This document shows, in pieces, positions 40,821 through 50,349 of a stretch of 64,000 nt of DNA. The position numbers and the translations under genes are program-made. The DNA lies in IMG/VR virus record IMGVR_UViG_3300036770_003657, positions 124,001 through 188,000 of that record, one strand, 5' to 3'. Each line of letters begins with the position of its first letter. Within the stretch, counting starts at the first letter, position 1. The notes beneath the pieces were generated by a model. It saw only the letters and a program-made list of their open reading frames with translations. It made no database searches and was not told the DNA's origin.

Positions 40821-42403
40821 TGGCCAAGTCGCTTGATGGTGTACTAACCAAAAAAGCACATAAGAAGGAAAAGTACACCGAGGATCAAATAGAACATTTA
40901 TTATTATGTAGTGATCCTGAAACTGGCTACTTACATTTTAGTAAACATTTTTATTTCATTCAACACCCAGTAAAGGGTAAACTATTATTTGAGCCTTTTG
41001 GATTCCAAGAAAGGCTTATGTATGCTTACCATAATCATAGATTCACTGTAAACATGCTACCACGTCAGATGGGCAAGACTACTTGTGCGGCCTGTTATCT
41101 TTTATGGTATGCCATGTTTATTCCAGATCAAACAATCCTTATAGCAGCCCACAAGTACACAGGTGCATATGAAATTATGCAGCGTATTAGATATGCGTAT
41201 GAATTATGCCCTGACTTTATTCGTAGTGGTGTTATTAACTATAACAAAGGTAGTATAGAATTTGACAACGGTAGTCGTATTGTTAGTGCTACAACTACTA
41301 ACAATACTGGTCGTGGTATGAGTATATCCTTACTATATTGTGATGAGTTTGCGTTTGTACAACCTAATATAGCAGATGAGTTTTGGACTAGTATAAGCCC
41401 AACACTAGCCACTGGTGGTCGTGCTATTATCACCAGCACACCAAATAGTGACGAGGATACATTTGCTAACATATGGAAAGAAGCTAATAATAAGTTTGAT
41501 GAGCATGGAAATGAGCAAGAATTAGGGTTGAATGGATTTTTCCCATTTACCTGTAGTTGGAATGAACACCCAGATCGTGATGAAAAATGGGCTAGAGAAG
41601 AACAAGGTCGTATTGGTGAAGAACGATTTCGTCGTGAATATGGCTGTGAGTTCTTGATCTATGATGAAACATTAATTAACAGTATTAGATTAAGTGAACT
41701 TGTAGGTAGAGAACCAATATTTAAAATGGGTCAAACACGTTGGTATAATAAGGTTAATCCTGAAATGTTATATCTTGTAGCAGTTGATCCTAGTTTAGGA
41801 ACAGGTGGAAACTATAGTGCCATTGTGGTATTTGAATTACCTTCATTTAAACAGGTAGCAGAGTGGTATCATAACACTACACCTATACAAGGTCAAATCA
41901 AAGTACTTAAGGATATACTAGATTATCTTGAAGATCAAATGGAAGGCAATACCAATAATATATATTGGAGTATAGAAAATAATACTGTTGGCGAAGCTGG
42001 ACTAGTTGTTATACGTGACTTAGGTGAAGAAAAATTTCCTGGGCTTATGATCAGTGAACCAATACGTAAAGGTCACGTACGCAAGTTTCGTAAAGGATTT
42101 AACACCACGCACAATGCTAAAATTGCTGCCTGTGCTAGACTAAAACACTTAATTGAAACTGGGCAAATGACCATATGTAGTAAGCCCATGATCAGTGAAT
42201 TAAAGACATTTGTTGCTCATGGATTCAGTTTCAAAGCTAAAGAAGGTGATAATGACGATCTTGTCAGTGCCTTATTATTACTGTGTAGAATGAGCGCTCT
42301 AGTAGCAGATTGGGATCCAAGAGTGTTTGAAAGCTTGAGTGGTGTACACAATGAGGATGATTTTATAGCACCATTACCAATATTCCTTTCCCAAAGTTTC
42401 TAA
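40820..42403 (+). CDS. gp17: Terminase large subunit (T4 gp17-like)
   Basis: Walker A MLPRQMGKTT, Walker B LLYCDEFAF, IITSTPN, nuclease AVDPSLG..NYSA and DNDDLV. Confidence 0.95.
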   Translation: MAKSLDGVLTKKAHKKEKYTEDQIEHLLLCSDPETGYLHFSKHFYFIQHPVKGKLLFEPFGFQERLMYAYHNHRFTVNMLPRQMGKTTCAACYLLWYAMFIPDQTILIAAHKYTGAYEIMQRIRYAYELCPDFIRSGVINYNKGSIEFDNGSRIVSATTTNNTGRGMSISLLYCDEFAFVQPNIADEFWTSISPTLATGGRAIITSTPNSDEDTFANIWKEANNKFDEHGNEQELGLNGFFPFTCSWNEHPDRDEKWAREEQGRIGEERFRREYGCEFLIYDETLINSIRLSELVGREPIFKMGQTRWYNKVNPEMLYLVAVDPSLGTGGNYSAIVVFELPSFKQVAEWYHNTTPIQGQIKVLKDILDYLEDQMEGNTNNIYWSIENNTVGEAGLVVIRDLGEEKFPGLMISEPIRKGHVRKFRKGFNTTHNAKIAACARLKHLIETGQMTICSKPMISELKTFVAHGFSFKAKEGDNDDLVSALLLLCRMSALVADWDPRVFESLSGVHNEDDFIAPLPIFLSQSF

Positions 42404-42409
42404 TAAATA
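42403..42409 (+). promoter_or_regulatory. Late promoter box (ATAAATA), 5 nt before the ATG
   Basis: ATAAATA-atact-ATG(42415); no SD. Confidence 0.6.
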
Positions 42410-42414
42410 ATACT

Positions 42415-44616
42415 ATGAGTGCAAATTTCGAACGAATAGCTATAGATTTGGGTCGTCAATTACAGACTAGATTTCCTAGCCTACAAAAAAGTACAGGTGA
42501 TGACAAACCTATAGATGGAGTAAATTTAACGGACAAAGACGCACGTAAGTTTAACTTTGATTTTGTTGATGAAAATGGGCAAAAACTAGTCAATGTCACA
42601 GTAAGCCTTAATGAAAAAGAAGAAGATGGTGATGGTCCAGGATTGGACGTAAGTTGGAATGATCGTGTTAATAGTAGAGCATGGGATAGGTTTATACGCA
42701 GCATATTGCCCAAGTTTGCTCAAACACATGGATTAAATTTTAACGCACAAAATCCTAGTCAAAGTAATCTAGTAAAAAGAAGTTCCGTTGGGGAAGGTAA
42801 GATGAATGAATCAAAATTGTTTGGTACCAGTAAAACTAGCTACCAAGAAATAGGTGAAGCTAAAATTATTGTAAGGCACAGTCAGCCTATTAATTTTAAT
42901 GCTCCAAATGGAAGAACACAGCATATTGAAAACATTTATGTGGAAAACAGCATAGGTGAAAGATTTCGTTATCCTATTAAACACTTGAACGGTGCTAGGG
43001 CAATGGGTCGTCATATTGCAGAAGGTGGCAGCTTCTTTGACGATATTGGAAATTATATTATTGGACTAAGCGAGGAACTCAGTAAGCTAAGAGTGTTTAA
43101 ACACTATGTTGATCGTAGTCCAGTTGTTAGCGAAAGTATGAGCAATATACAAGCTAAAGTTATTGATCGTATTACAGGTATTAAAGAAGAAATACATAGC
43201 TTACAAACTAACAAATATTATGGTCAATTTAAAGAAAGTTTTAGAAAAAGTAAAAATGTTGACGTACCAGAAGATATCTTAAATGATTGGATTGATCGTT
43301 TAACTGTACGCAGTTTTAATGAAGAACTTAAGGATGCGTTTCCATATATCTACAGACTAGTTGATGAAACACAGATACCTATTAAAGAACTTACAGCTGA
43401 TGATATATTGGAAGATGATAAAGAGAAGGAATACGATGACAATGATCCACCATTTGATCCAGACCCACCTAAGAAAAAGAAGGAAGCTGGTGATAAAGCA
43501 GAACACGGTGGACATAGTCGTGCCAAACATCTTGCTAAGAGCGCAATGAAAGATGTTAAAGAATTTAGTACTTTTGAACGTTATCTAAATCAAATTGTCA
43601 GTGAGACAGATGATTTATTCAATGCTGATGAGGAAGTACAAGCACAGGCAATGGAAAGTTTAAAGAATTTATTTGCCAGTGAAGTACCTTTAGGAACAAA
43701 TGGTAATAATGCTGTAGATAGTATATCTGGCGTCATTGATGAGAAAAAGTTGAATAAGGCTTTTGAATTGTTAGCAGAACTTGGTTTAGATGAAATGGAT
43801 GCTAGACCAATCATTAATGAGTTTCTAAAATCATATGATGCAGAAAATGGAACAGATTTAAGTGGGAAGTTAGGATATGAACCAGGAGTTTCATCCACTC
43901 CACCACCTGCACCAGAACCTGCTGCACCACCTCCTGAAGCAGCAGCTCCAGAACCTGCAGCAGCTCCAGAACCTGCAGCTCCACCTCCTGAAGCAGCAGC
44001 CCCTCCAGCAGCCCCACCTGTTGATCCTATGGCAGGCGGAGCAGCACCTGGACCAATGATACCAAATCCAGCAGCTCCACCTATGATGGAGGGAAGGATG
44101 ATGCATCGTATTGTGGATGAAATTTTTAGTAGAGTCAGTGGCTTCTTCAATGAGAACAATGGTACATTTACTATTGGTGAAGAAGGGTTTGTTACCAAGA
44201 TGTGTAAAGAGCTTAAGGAAAAATATCATATTGATCCAAAACATCCTAAGTCAGAAATGTTTGATCGTATGGTAGAAGGTGCCTGTGCTCGTATTATGGA
44301 AAAGATGAAGCAAAAGCATCAAGCAGAAAGTGATCACGCCCGTATGTTAGAACTTTCTGGTATGATGCCAAATCAAGATGTGGCGGAAAATAGAGCTGCT
44401 ATGCTAACACCTGATGAAATGGTCGCTATTTTTACTAAAGAAAAAACCCAGGATCAAATAGATGCAGAAAGAGTAGCGAAAGGTCTTCCACCAAGCAGAC
44501 CAGGTTGGACACCACCACCTACTACAGGACAAGCAAAGAAACCAGTTCAAGGTCAAGGTAATGTTAGAGAAGGTGATGAGTTAGGTAGAGTATTAAAAAT
44601 AGCAGGATTACGATAG
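42415..44616 (+). CDS. Hypothetical 733-aa protein with Pro/Ala-rich linker, probable processed head protein
   Basis: Long ORF; PEPAAPPPEAAA repeats; recurring xES/xEG motifs plus RMLELSGM and RVLKIAGLR. Confidence 0.7.
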   Translation: MSANFERIAIDLGRQLQTRFPSLQKSTGDDKPIDGVNLTDKDARKFNFDFVDENGQKLVNVTVSLNEKEEDGDGPGLDVSWNDRVNSRAWDRFIRSILPKFAQTHGLNFNAQNPSQSNLVKRSSVGEGKMNESKLFGTSKTSYQEIGEAKIIVRHSQPINFNAPNGRTQHIENIYVENSIGERFRYPIKHLNGARAMGRHIAEGGSFFDDIGNYIIGLSEELSKLRVFKHYVDRSPVVSESMSNIQAKVIDRITGIKEEIHSLQTNKYYGQFKESFRKSKNVDVPEDILNDWIDRLTVRSFNEELKDAFPYIYRLVDETQIPIKELTADDILEDDKEKEYDDNDPPFDPDPPKKKKEAGDKAEHGGHSRAKHLAKSAMKDVKEFSTFERYLNQIVSETDDLFNADEEVQAQAMESLKNLFASEVPLGTNGNNAVDSISGVIDEKKLNKAFELLAELGLDEMDARPIINEFLKSYDAENGTDLSGKLGYEPGVSSTPPPAPEPAAPPPEAAAPEPAAAPEPAAPPPEAAAPPAAPPVDPMAGGAAPGPMIPNPAAPPMMEGRMMHRIVDEIFSRVSGFFNENNGTFTIGEEGFVTKMCKELKEKYHIDPKHPKSEMFDRMVEGACARIMEKMKQKHQAESDHARMLELSGMMPNQDVAENRAAMLTPDEMVAIFTKEKTQDQIDAERVAKGLPPSRPGWTPPPTTGQAKKPVQGQGNVREGDELGRVLKIAGLR
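43913..44001 (+). repeat. Coding direct repeat (Pro/Ala/Glu)
   Basis: cagaacctgc(t/a)gc(a/t)ccacctcctgaagcagcagc occurs twice, with shorter ccagaacctgcagc units between. Confidence 0.7.
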
Positions 44617-44635
44617 ATTTAATCTACCTTTTTAC

Positions 44636-44664
44636 TTGATTTTATAAATACAAACGCATACAAT
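44636..44664 (+). promoter_or_regulatory. Nested sigma70-type and late promoters of gp32
   Basis: TTGATT (44636-44641), 17-nt spacer, TACAAT (44659-44664); TATAAATA (44643-44650) lies in the spacer. Confidence 0.65.
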
Positions 44665-44744
44665 ACAAGTATGCGTTTTGTTTGACAGGGCGTCAGACAT
44701 ATAGGCAAATTTTAAACAACATAGGCAAATATAGGAGAAACACT

Positions 44745-45725
44745 ATGGCAACTTTGGCAGAAATTAGGGCAAAACTTAAAGAGCAAGAACTTAAAGGCGG
44801 ATCAACAGGAGGCGGAGACCTCACAATTTATCCCTTCTGGAACTTAAAAGAAGGTGGCGAAAGCACAGTAAGATTCCTTCCAGATGGCGATTCAAGCAAC
44901 ACATTCTTTTGGGTAGAGCGTGCTGTAATCAAACTTGAATTCGCTGGAATCAAAGGTGAAACAGATAACAAAAAAGCAAGTGTACAAGTTCCTTGTATGG
45001 AAATGTATGGCGAATCTTGCCCAATTCTTAATGAAGTGCGTCCTTGGTTTAAGGATCCCAACCTTGAAGCAATGGGTCGTAAGTATTGGAAGAAGCGTAG
45101 TTATTTGTTCCAAGGTTTTGTAGTGGAAGATGGCCTTAAGGAAGATACACTTCCAGAAAATCCTGTGCGTAGATTCATTATTGGTCCACAAATCTTTACT
45201 CTTATCAAAGGTGCTTTGATGGATCCAGAGATGGAAGATCTACCCACTGACGTAGTTAATGGTGTAGATTTTAAACTAATCAAATCAAGCAAAGGTGGTT
45301 ATGCTGATTATGGTACAAGCAAGTGGAGTCGTCGTAGTCGTCCACTAAATGAGAAGGAACAAGCAGCATTAAAAGAGCATGGCTTGTTTAATCTTAAAGA
45401 TTTCCTTCCCAAGAAGCCCACTGAAGTTGAACTCAAGGTTATCAAAGAAATGTTTGAAGCCAGTGTAGATGGTGAAGCATTTGATATGGATCGTTGGGGT
45501 CAATATTACAAGCCCAGCGGAGCAAGTGCCCGTACTGGTGATCCAATGGCTACTGGTCGTAATAGTGATACTACAACAGTAGAAGAGCCAGATATGGATG
45601 AGGACGTTAAATCAACACCTAAGGCAGTGTCTAAACCTGCCCCAAAGGCTACAGATGATTCAAAGAGCCCAGACAGTCGTGCTGGTGACATCTTAGCAAT
45701 GATTCGCAATCGTAACAAGCAATAA
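44745..45725 (+). CDS. gp32: Single-stranded DNA-binding protein (T4 gp32-like)
   Basis: SD AGGAG before the ATG at 44745; STVRFLPD, FWVER, PCMEMYGESCPI, YWKKRSY, GVDFKLIKS.KGGYADY; acidic linker. Confidence 0.9.
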   Translation: MATLAEIRAKLKEQELKGGSTGGGDLTIYPFWNLKEGGESTVRFLPDGDSSNTFFWVERAVIKLEFAGIKGETDNKKASVQVPCMEMYGESCPILNEVRPWFKDPNLEAMGRKYWKKRSYLFQGFVVEDGLKEDTLPENPVRRFIIGPQIFTLIKGALMDPEMEDLPTDVVNGVDFKLIKSSKGGYADYGTSKWSRRSRPLNEKEQAALKEHGLFNLKDFLPKKPTEVELKVIKEMFEASVDGEAFDMDRWGQYYKPSGASARTGDPMATGRNSDTTTVEEPDMDEDVKSTPKAVSKPAPKATDDSKSPDSRAGDILAMIRNRNKQ

Positions 45726-45734
45726 AAAACTATA

Positions 45735-45765
45735 TGACTCGGGCTTTACGCTCGAGTCACCTTTT
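45735..45765 (+). terminator. Stem-loop between gp32 and uvsX (terminator or processing hairpin)
   Basis: TGACTCGGGC-TTTAC-GCTCGAGTCA (10 bp, one G-U) followed by CCTTTT. Confidence 0.7.
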
Positions 45766-45776
45766 GGGAGATTTGT

Positions 45777-46835
45777 ATGGCTACAAAGGCATTCGATTTA
45801 AGTAAATTTCGTAAAACATTAACAAAGAGCATTGATGGACTTGGTGTAGGCTTTAATGATCCTACTGATTGGGTCAGCACCGGCAATTATGCTCTAAACT
45901 ATTTGATTAGTAGTGACTTTAAGAAAGGTGTACCACTTGGTAAGGTCACTGTATTTGCTGGTGAGAGTGGTGCAGGTAAGAGTTATATCTGTAGTGGTAA
46001 TTTGATTAAAAATGCTCAAGAACAAGGTATTTTTGTTGTATTAGTTGACAGTGAAAATGCCTTGGATAAGGCATGGCTTGAAGCGTTGGGTGTTAGCACT
46101 GATGAGTCAAAACTTCTTAAGCTTAATATGGCAATGATTGATGATGTTGCTAAGACTATAAGTGAGTTTATGAAGGAATATAAGGCCATGCCAGAAGATT
46201 CTAAGCCTAAAGTATTGTTTGTAATTGATAGTTTGGGTATGTTATTGACTCCTACTGATGTTGATCAGTTCGAAGCAGGCAATATGAAGGGTGACATGGG
46301 CCGTAAGCCTAAGGCATTGACCAGTTTAGTTCGTAACTGTGTTAATATGTTTGGTAGTCACAATGTAGGTCTTGTTGCTACCAATCATACATATGCTAGT
46401 CAAGACATGTTTGACCCAGATGACAAGATCAGTGGTGGTCAAGGTTTTATATATGCATCAAGTATTGTAGTTGCCATGAAGAAGCTTAAGTTAAAAGAAG
46501 ATGAAGATGGTAACAAGATCAGTCAAGTTAAGGGTATACGTAGTGCCTGTAAGATTATGAAGACTAGATATGCTAAACCTTTTGAGAATATTCAAATTAA
46601 GATTCCTTATGAGACAGGAATGGATCCTTATAGTGGTCTAGTAGACTTATTTGAAGAAAAGGGTATCTTAGTACAGCAAGGTAATAGGCTTAAGTTCGTT
46701 GATAGTACTGGTAAAGAGCATTTATTTTACAGAAAAGAATGGAAAAGTGATAAATTAGATATGATAATGGCGGATTTTCCCAATATCAAAATAAAAGATG
46801 AAGTCATTTTAGAGGAAACTGTAGAACATGAATGA
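45777..46835 (+). CDS. uvsX: RecA-like recombinase (UvsX)
   Basis: Walker A GESGAGKS; VDSENA, VIDSLG, DMGRKPK, ISGGQGFIYASSIV, KTRYAKPF. Confidence 0.92.
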   Translation: MATKAFDLSKFRKTLTKSIDGLGVGFNDPTDWVSTGNYALNYLISSDFKKGVPLGKVTVFAGESGAGKSYICSGNLIKNAQEQGIFVVLVDSENALDKAWLEALGVSTDESKLLKLNMAMIDDVAKTISEFMKEYKAMPEDSKPKVLFVIDSLGMLLTPTDVDQFEAGNMKGDMGRKPKALTSLVRNCVNMFGSHNVGLVATNHTYASQDMFDPDDKISGGQGFIYASSIVVAMKKLKLKEDEDGNKISQVKGIRSACKIMKTRYAKPFENIQIKIPYETGMDPYSGLVDLFEEKGILVQQGNRLKFVDSTGKEHLFYRKEWKSDKLDMIMADFPNIKIKDEVILEETVEHE

Positions 46836-47067
46836 TACACAAATTGGAGAAGTATGGTTATTCTTCAAGGAATATTTGCGTAAGGAAGATATTAGCAATG
46901 CTGCGGAAGCTTTTGTAGATCTATTAGCAGATTTTAACATTAAAGATAAGGTATTACAAGGTGCAGTAGGTTTTGACCCAGACTTAGACACAGCTATTGA
47001 ATATTATTTAGAAGATGATAGTGAAGAAGAATACGAAGAGGATTATGACGAAGACGACGAGTACTAA
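46828..47067 (+). CDS. Small very acidic hypothetical protein (79 aa)
   Basis: Overlaps the uvsX end; 27 Asp/Glu against 5 Lys/Arg. Confidence 0.7.
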   Translation: MNDTQIGEVWLFFKEYLRKEDISNAAEAFVDLLADFNIKDKVLQGAVGFDPDLDTAIEYYLEDDSEEEYEEDYDEDDEY

Positions 47068-47069
47068 TT

Positions 47070-47522
47070 ATGTGGTACTCTAAAATATTAAAAGATATTA
47101 CTGTATTACCTGATGCTATTGATTACTATACTAACGAGTTAAGTGAAGCTAAACTAGATGCTCGTATAACGGGAAATATTGAAAAGGCAGCTGCCAGCAT
47201 GCCTGGTATAGTAGAACATAGGTTTGGACAATTACAGGAAATTGAAGCAATTTTAGAGTACCTCAATATAGAACTAAGACAACTTAAAAGTCAGCATTTT
47301 CGTAAATATTTAGAAAATTATCAAAGAGCATTGAGTAGTAGGGATTGTGACCGTTATGTAGAAGGTGAATCAGATGTAGTTGATATGGAAAAAATCATCA
47401 ACGAGTTTGCCCTTCTACGTAATAAATGGTTAGGAATCACAAAGGCGTTGGATGTCAAGCAGTGGCAGCTAAGTAATGTAATTAAATTACGAACTGCGGG
47501 AATGGAAGATGCAACATTATGA
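47070..47522 (+). CDS. uvsY: Recombination mediator (UvsY-like)
   Basis: Helical 150-aa protein; YLE.Y.RALSSRD.DRYVEGE and KALDVKQWQLSNVIKLR.AG resemble UvsY; next to uvsX. Confidence 0.7.
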   Translation: MWYSKILKDITVLPDAIDYYTNELSEAKLDARITGNIEKAAASMPGIVEHRFGQLQEIEAILEYLNIELRQLKSQHFRKYLENYQRALSSRDCDRYVEGESDVVDMEKIINEFALLRNKWLGITKALDVKQWQLSNVIKLRTAGMEDATL

Positions 47523-47865
47523 ACAAGTAGATAAGACTTGGGGTTATTATCGTGTATTTTACGAAAATGGTCCTGAAACTAAGGTTAAAGAGTTAGTCTG
47601 CAATCCACATAGCAAATTAAGCCTTCAACGACACTTTGATCGTAAGGAGTTTTGGTTCTTTATGGAAGGTGAAGGATATATTAATACACTTAATAGCAAT
47701 GGTGAACTTGTATGTATGGGACCTTATAAACAGTTTGACACTGCATTTATTGACTACGAAGAATGGCATCAATTAGTTAATGAAGGTGATATACCTATAA
47801 AAATTGTAGAAATACAATATGGGCGCAAATGTATAGAAGAGGACATAGAAAGAAAGGTACTATGA
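47509..47865 (+). CDS. Cupin, mannose-6-phosphate isomerase type II C-terminal-like
   Basis: KTWGYY..KVKEL..P..KLSLQRH..R.EFW..WHQL.N..IVEIQYG..EEDIER. Confidence 0.85.
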   Translation: MQHYEQVDKTWGYYRVFYENGPETKVKELVCNPHSKLSLQRHFDRKEFWFFMEGEGYINTLNSNGELVCMGPYKQFDTAFIDYEEWHQLVNEGDIPIKIVEIQYGRKCIEEDIERKVL

Positions 47866-48209
47866 ACGAAGATCTTAAAAAAGTATTTGAAATAGCTAAT
47901 TATATGACCACTTTAAATCTTCAAAAGAGGGAATTATATGAAGAATTTGAGCAGAGCTGTTATTATCATAAAGATGGCCATACATTTAAAGCTTCAGAAC
48001 AAATGATAACCTTTTTAACTTCATTATTAAATAGAAACTTGGAATCTTTCTTAATTTTGGATAGTAACAATGAGCCTTATAACATTGAAAATATTGACGA
48101 ATTTTTAAAAGATATTATAGCAGTACATACTGAAGCAATGAATGCTTATTATTATAGTTACAAAAAATTAGTGCAGCAAAGAAGTGTTGAATCAATAATT
48201 ACAAAATGA
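47862..48209 (+). CDS. Hypothetical protein (115 aa)
   Basis: SD GAAAGG and ATGA coupling support a start at 47862. Confidence 0.7.
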   Translation: MNEDLKKVFEIANYMTTLNLQKRELYEEFEQSCYYHKDGHTFKASEQMITFLTSLLNRNLESFLILDSNNEPYNIENIDEFLKDIIAVHTEAMNAYYYSYKKLVQQRSVESIITK

Positions 48210-49003
48210 ATAATGGAGTTTTAATTTTTGCTCAAAATGGAAATTTTGATTATGTTAAGCTAGCTGAATTATCTGCACTTAGAGTAAAAGAATACTTGGA
48301 CTTACCAGTTAGCTTAGTAACTAATATTAAGTATCAGAATAAAGATAGTGTTTTTGATAAAATTATTAATATAAAGTCTAAACAGTCGCAAATTAGAAAT
48401 ATACACGATGGAAACAATTCAAATAGAGTTAAATGGCTAAACTTTGATCGTCATTTAAGTTATGAACTTAGCCCTTATGACAAAACTTTAGTTATTGATG
48501 CAGATTATTTAGTTTCTTCAAACAATCTAATGTATTGCTTTGAATCTAATAAAGAATTTCTGATCTATAATAAAGATTATTATTTCATTGAAAATGTATT
48601 TGAAAAGAATTTTAAGTATATTAATGAATTTGGAATACCTTTTTATTGGGCCACTGTATTTTATTTTACTAAGACAGAAAAAAATAAATTATTTTTTAAA
48701 TTTATAGAGTATATTAAGGATAATTGGGACTATTATAGGGTGTTGTATTCAATTATAGATAGTAAGTTTAGGAACGACTTTGCTTTTAGCATAGCAATTA
48801 ATCTATTACATAATCAATTATCAAATAAAGAGTTTGGATTTATTCCTGGTAAGCTATTTTATACAATAGATAAAGATAGTTTAATTATGAATGAAAGTGA
48901 AACTATGGGATTTTATCTTCACAATAACTCTTGTGTTAAGACTAAAGGGTTAGATGTTCATGTAATGAACAAAAAAAGTATAGTTAGGGTATTAAATGAA
49001 TAA
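48206..49003 (+). CDS. Putative nucleotide-sugar transferase (GT-A like)
   Basis: GVLIFAQN..YVKLA..SPYDKTLVIDADY (DxD)..YWATVFYF..RNDFAFSIA. Confidence 0.55.
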   Translation: MNNGVLIFAQNGNFDYVKLAELSALRVKEYLDLPVSLVTNIKYQNKDSVFDKIINIKSKQSQIRNIHDGNNSNRVKWLNFDRHLSYELSPYDKTLVIDADYLVSSNNLMYCFESNKEFLIYNKDYYFIENVFEKNFKYINEFGIPFYWATVFYFTKTEKNKLFFKFIEYIKDNWDYYRVLYSIIDSKFRNDFAFSIAINLLHNQLSNKEFGFIPGKLFYTIDKDSLIMNESETMGFYLHNNSCVKTKGLDVHVMNKKSIVRVLNE

Positions 49004-49814
49004 AGGTCATCTTATTTTTGCCCAAAATTCTTCAATAAATTATGTCAGACAGGCGTATGCTCTTGCTTTGAGTATTAAAAAGTTTAATAAAATCAACAAA
49101 GTCTGTTTAGTAACTAATGATGCAGTTCCGTTAGAGTACATTAAAGCCTTTGATCATATAGTTCCTATACCCTGGGGAGATATGTCATCTAATTCTGAAT
49201 GGAAAATAGAGAATAGATGGAAATTAATATATGCTAGCCCCTTCAAAGAAAATTTAGTTTATGATTCTGACATGATTTTACTGAGTAGCAATGATCATTA
49301 TTGGTATCATTTAGATAGTTATGATATAGCATTAACTCAAAATGTTAGAGATTATAAAGGAAATAAAATAACTTCAAGTAATAATCCTTATAGAAAAGTC
49401 TTCTTTAATAACAATTTACCAGATGTTTATTTTGGCTTACATTATTTTAAAAAAAATAGTATAAGTTTTGAGTTTTACAAATGGTTAGAACACATAATAA
49501 AAAATTGGGACTTATTTTCTCAAGAATTTACTAAAAAATCTAGACAAAAAACTGCTAGTTTAGATGTGGCAAGTTCGCTTGCTGTTAATTTTGGGGATTT
49601 TAAAATTGCTAATGATATATTGTCCTTTGTACATATGAAACCTTTAATACAAGGTTGGGAAATAAGTAATATAGAATCTTGGACAGATCATATAATATAT
49701 GATTTTAATCAGAATTGTGTGTTAAGTATGGCCAATACAATTCAATCAGGAATATTTCATTATACTGATGACAAATTTTTATCAAATGATATCATTAAGT
49801 TCTTAGAGAAGTAA
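48996..49814 (+). CDS. Putative nucleotide-sugar transferase, paralogue of the upstream gene
   Basis: GHLIFAQN..YVRQA..SPFKENLVYDSDM (DxD)..YFGLHYF. Confidence 0.55.
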   Translation: MNKGHLIFAQNSSINYVRQAYALALSIKKFNKINKVCLVTNDAVPLEYIKAFDHIVPIPWGDMSSNSEWKIENRWKLIYASPFKENLVYDSDMILLSSNDHYWYHLDSYDIALTQNVRDYKGNKITSSNNPYRKVFFNNNLPDVYFGLHYFKKNSISFEFYKWLEHIIKNWDLFSQEFTKKSRQKTASLDVASSLAVNFGDFKIANDILSFVHMKPLIQGWEISNIESWTDHIIYDFNQNCVLSMANTIQSGIFHYTDDKFLSNDIIKFLEK

Positions 49815-49815
49815 T

Positions 49816-50349
49816 ATGAATAATGAAATTATATTAGAACCTATTATATTACCTACTCAAGTGTTTTATTTATATTATAATAATGAAGGTTATATTACTG
49901 AGTTATTGAATTATAAAAAAGACACTGGAAATTATATTGAGGTTAGTGATGAATTTGTAGTCAGTTTTAGAGAAAGTAATAAAGATCTATCTAATTTTAA
50001 AGTTGAAATTGATAATAGCTGTAGAATTATTAGGAATGATAATTTATATAATCAACGTTTTTATTTTATAATATATGAAACAGATGATATTACAGATTTA
50101 GTTATTCTTATAGGTAAAAAGGAACTTTTGTTTACATTGTCATCTAACTTAGGATATAATTTACAAGATAGTGCAACATTCTCCTTTTATATAGTAAGTA
50201 AAATTAATCCTAATTTTTTACTAGTTAACATTCCTATTAAGTATGGAGATTTAAAAAAAGGATATAGATTTAAATATAAGTTTGACAACCAAAAAGAAAT
50301 AATAACGACAGTCAAATATTTTAATTCTTATAAAATAAAATATGAGTAA
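49816..50349 (+). CDS. Hypothetical protein (177 aa)
   Basis: Operon-embedded ORF; no recognisable motif. Confidence 0.65.
   Translation: MNNEIILEPIILPTQVFYLYYNNEGYITELLNYKKDTGNYIEVSDEFVVSFRESNKDLSNFKVEIDNSCRIIRNDNLYNQRFYFIIYETDDITDLVILIGKKELLFTLSSNLGYNLQDSATFSFYIVSKINPNFLLVNIPIKYGDLKKGYRFKYKFDNQKEIITTVKYFNSYKIKYE

Noticed and set aside
43590-44244. Minus-strand 202-aa and 117-aa ORFs
   Set aside because: Antisense shadows of the Pro/Ala-rich repeat in the 733-aa gene.
44682-44744. N-terminal extension of gp32 from the TTG at 44682
   Set aside because: This is the structured leader; SD AGGAG supports the ATG at 44745.
40820-46835. Intein or group I intron in terminase, gp32 or uvsX
   Set aside because: The ORFs are uninterrupted and of normal length, with no LAGLIDADG/HNH/GIY-YIG or splice motifs.
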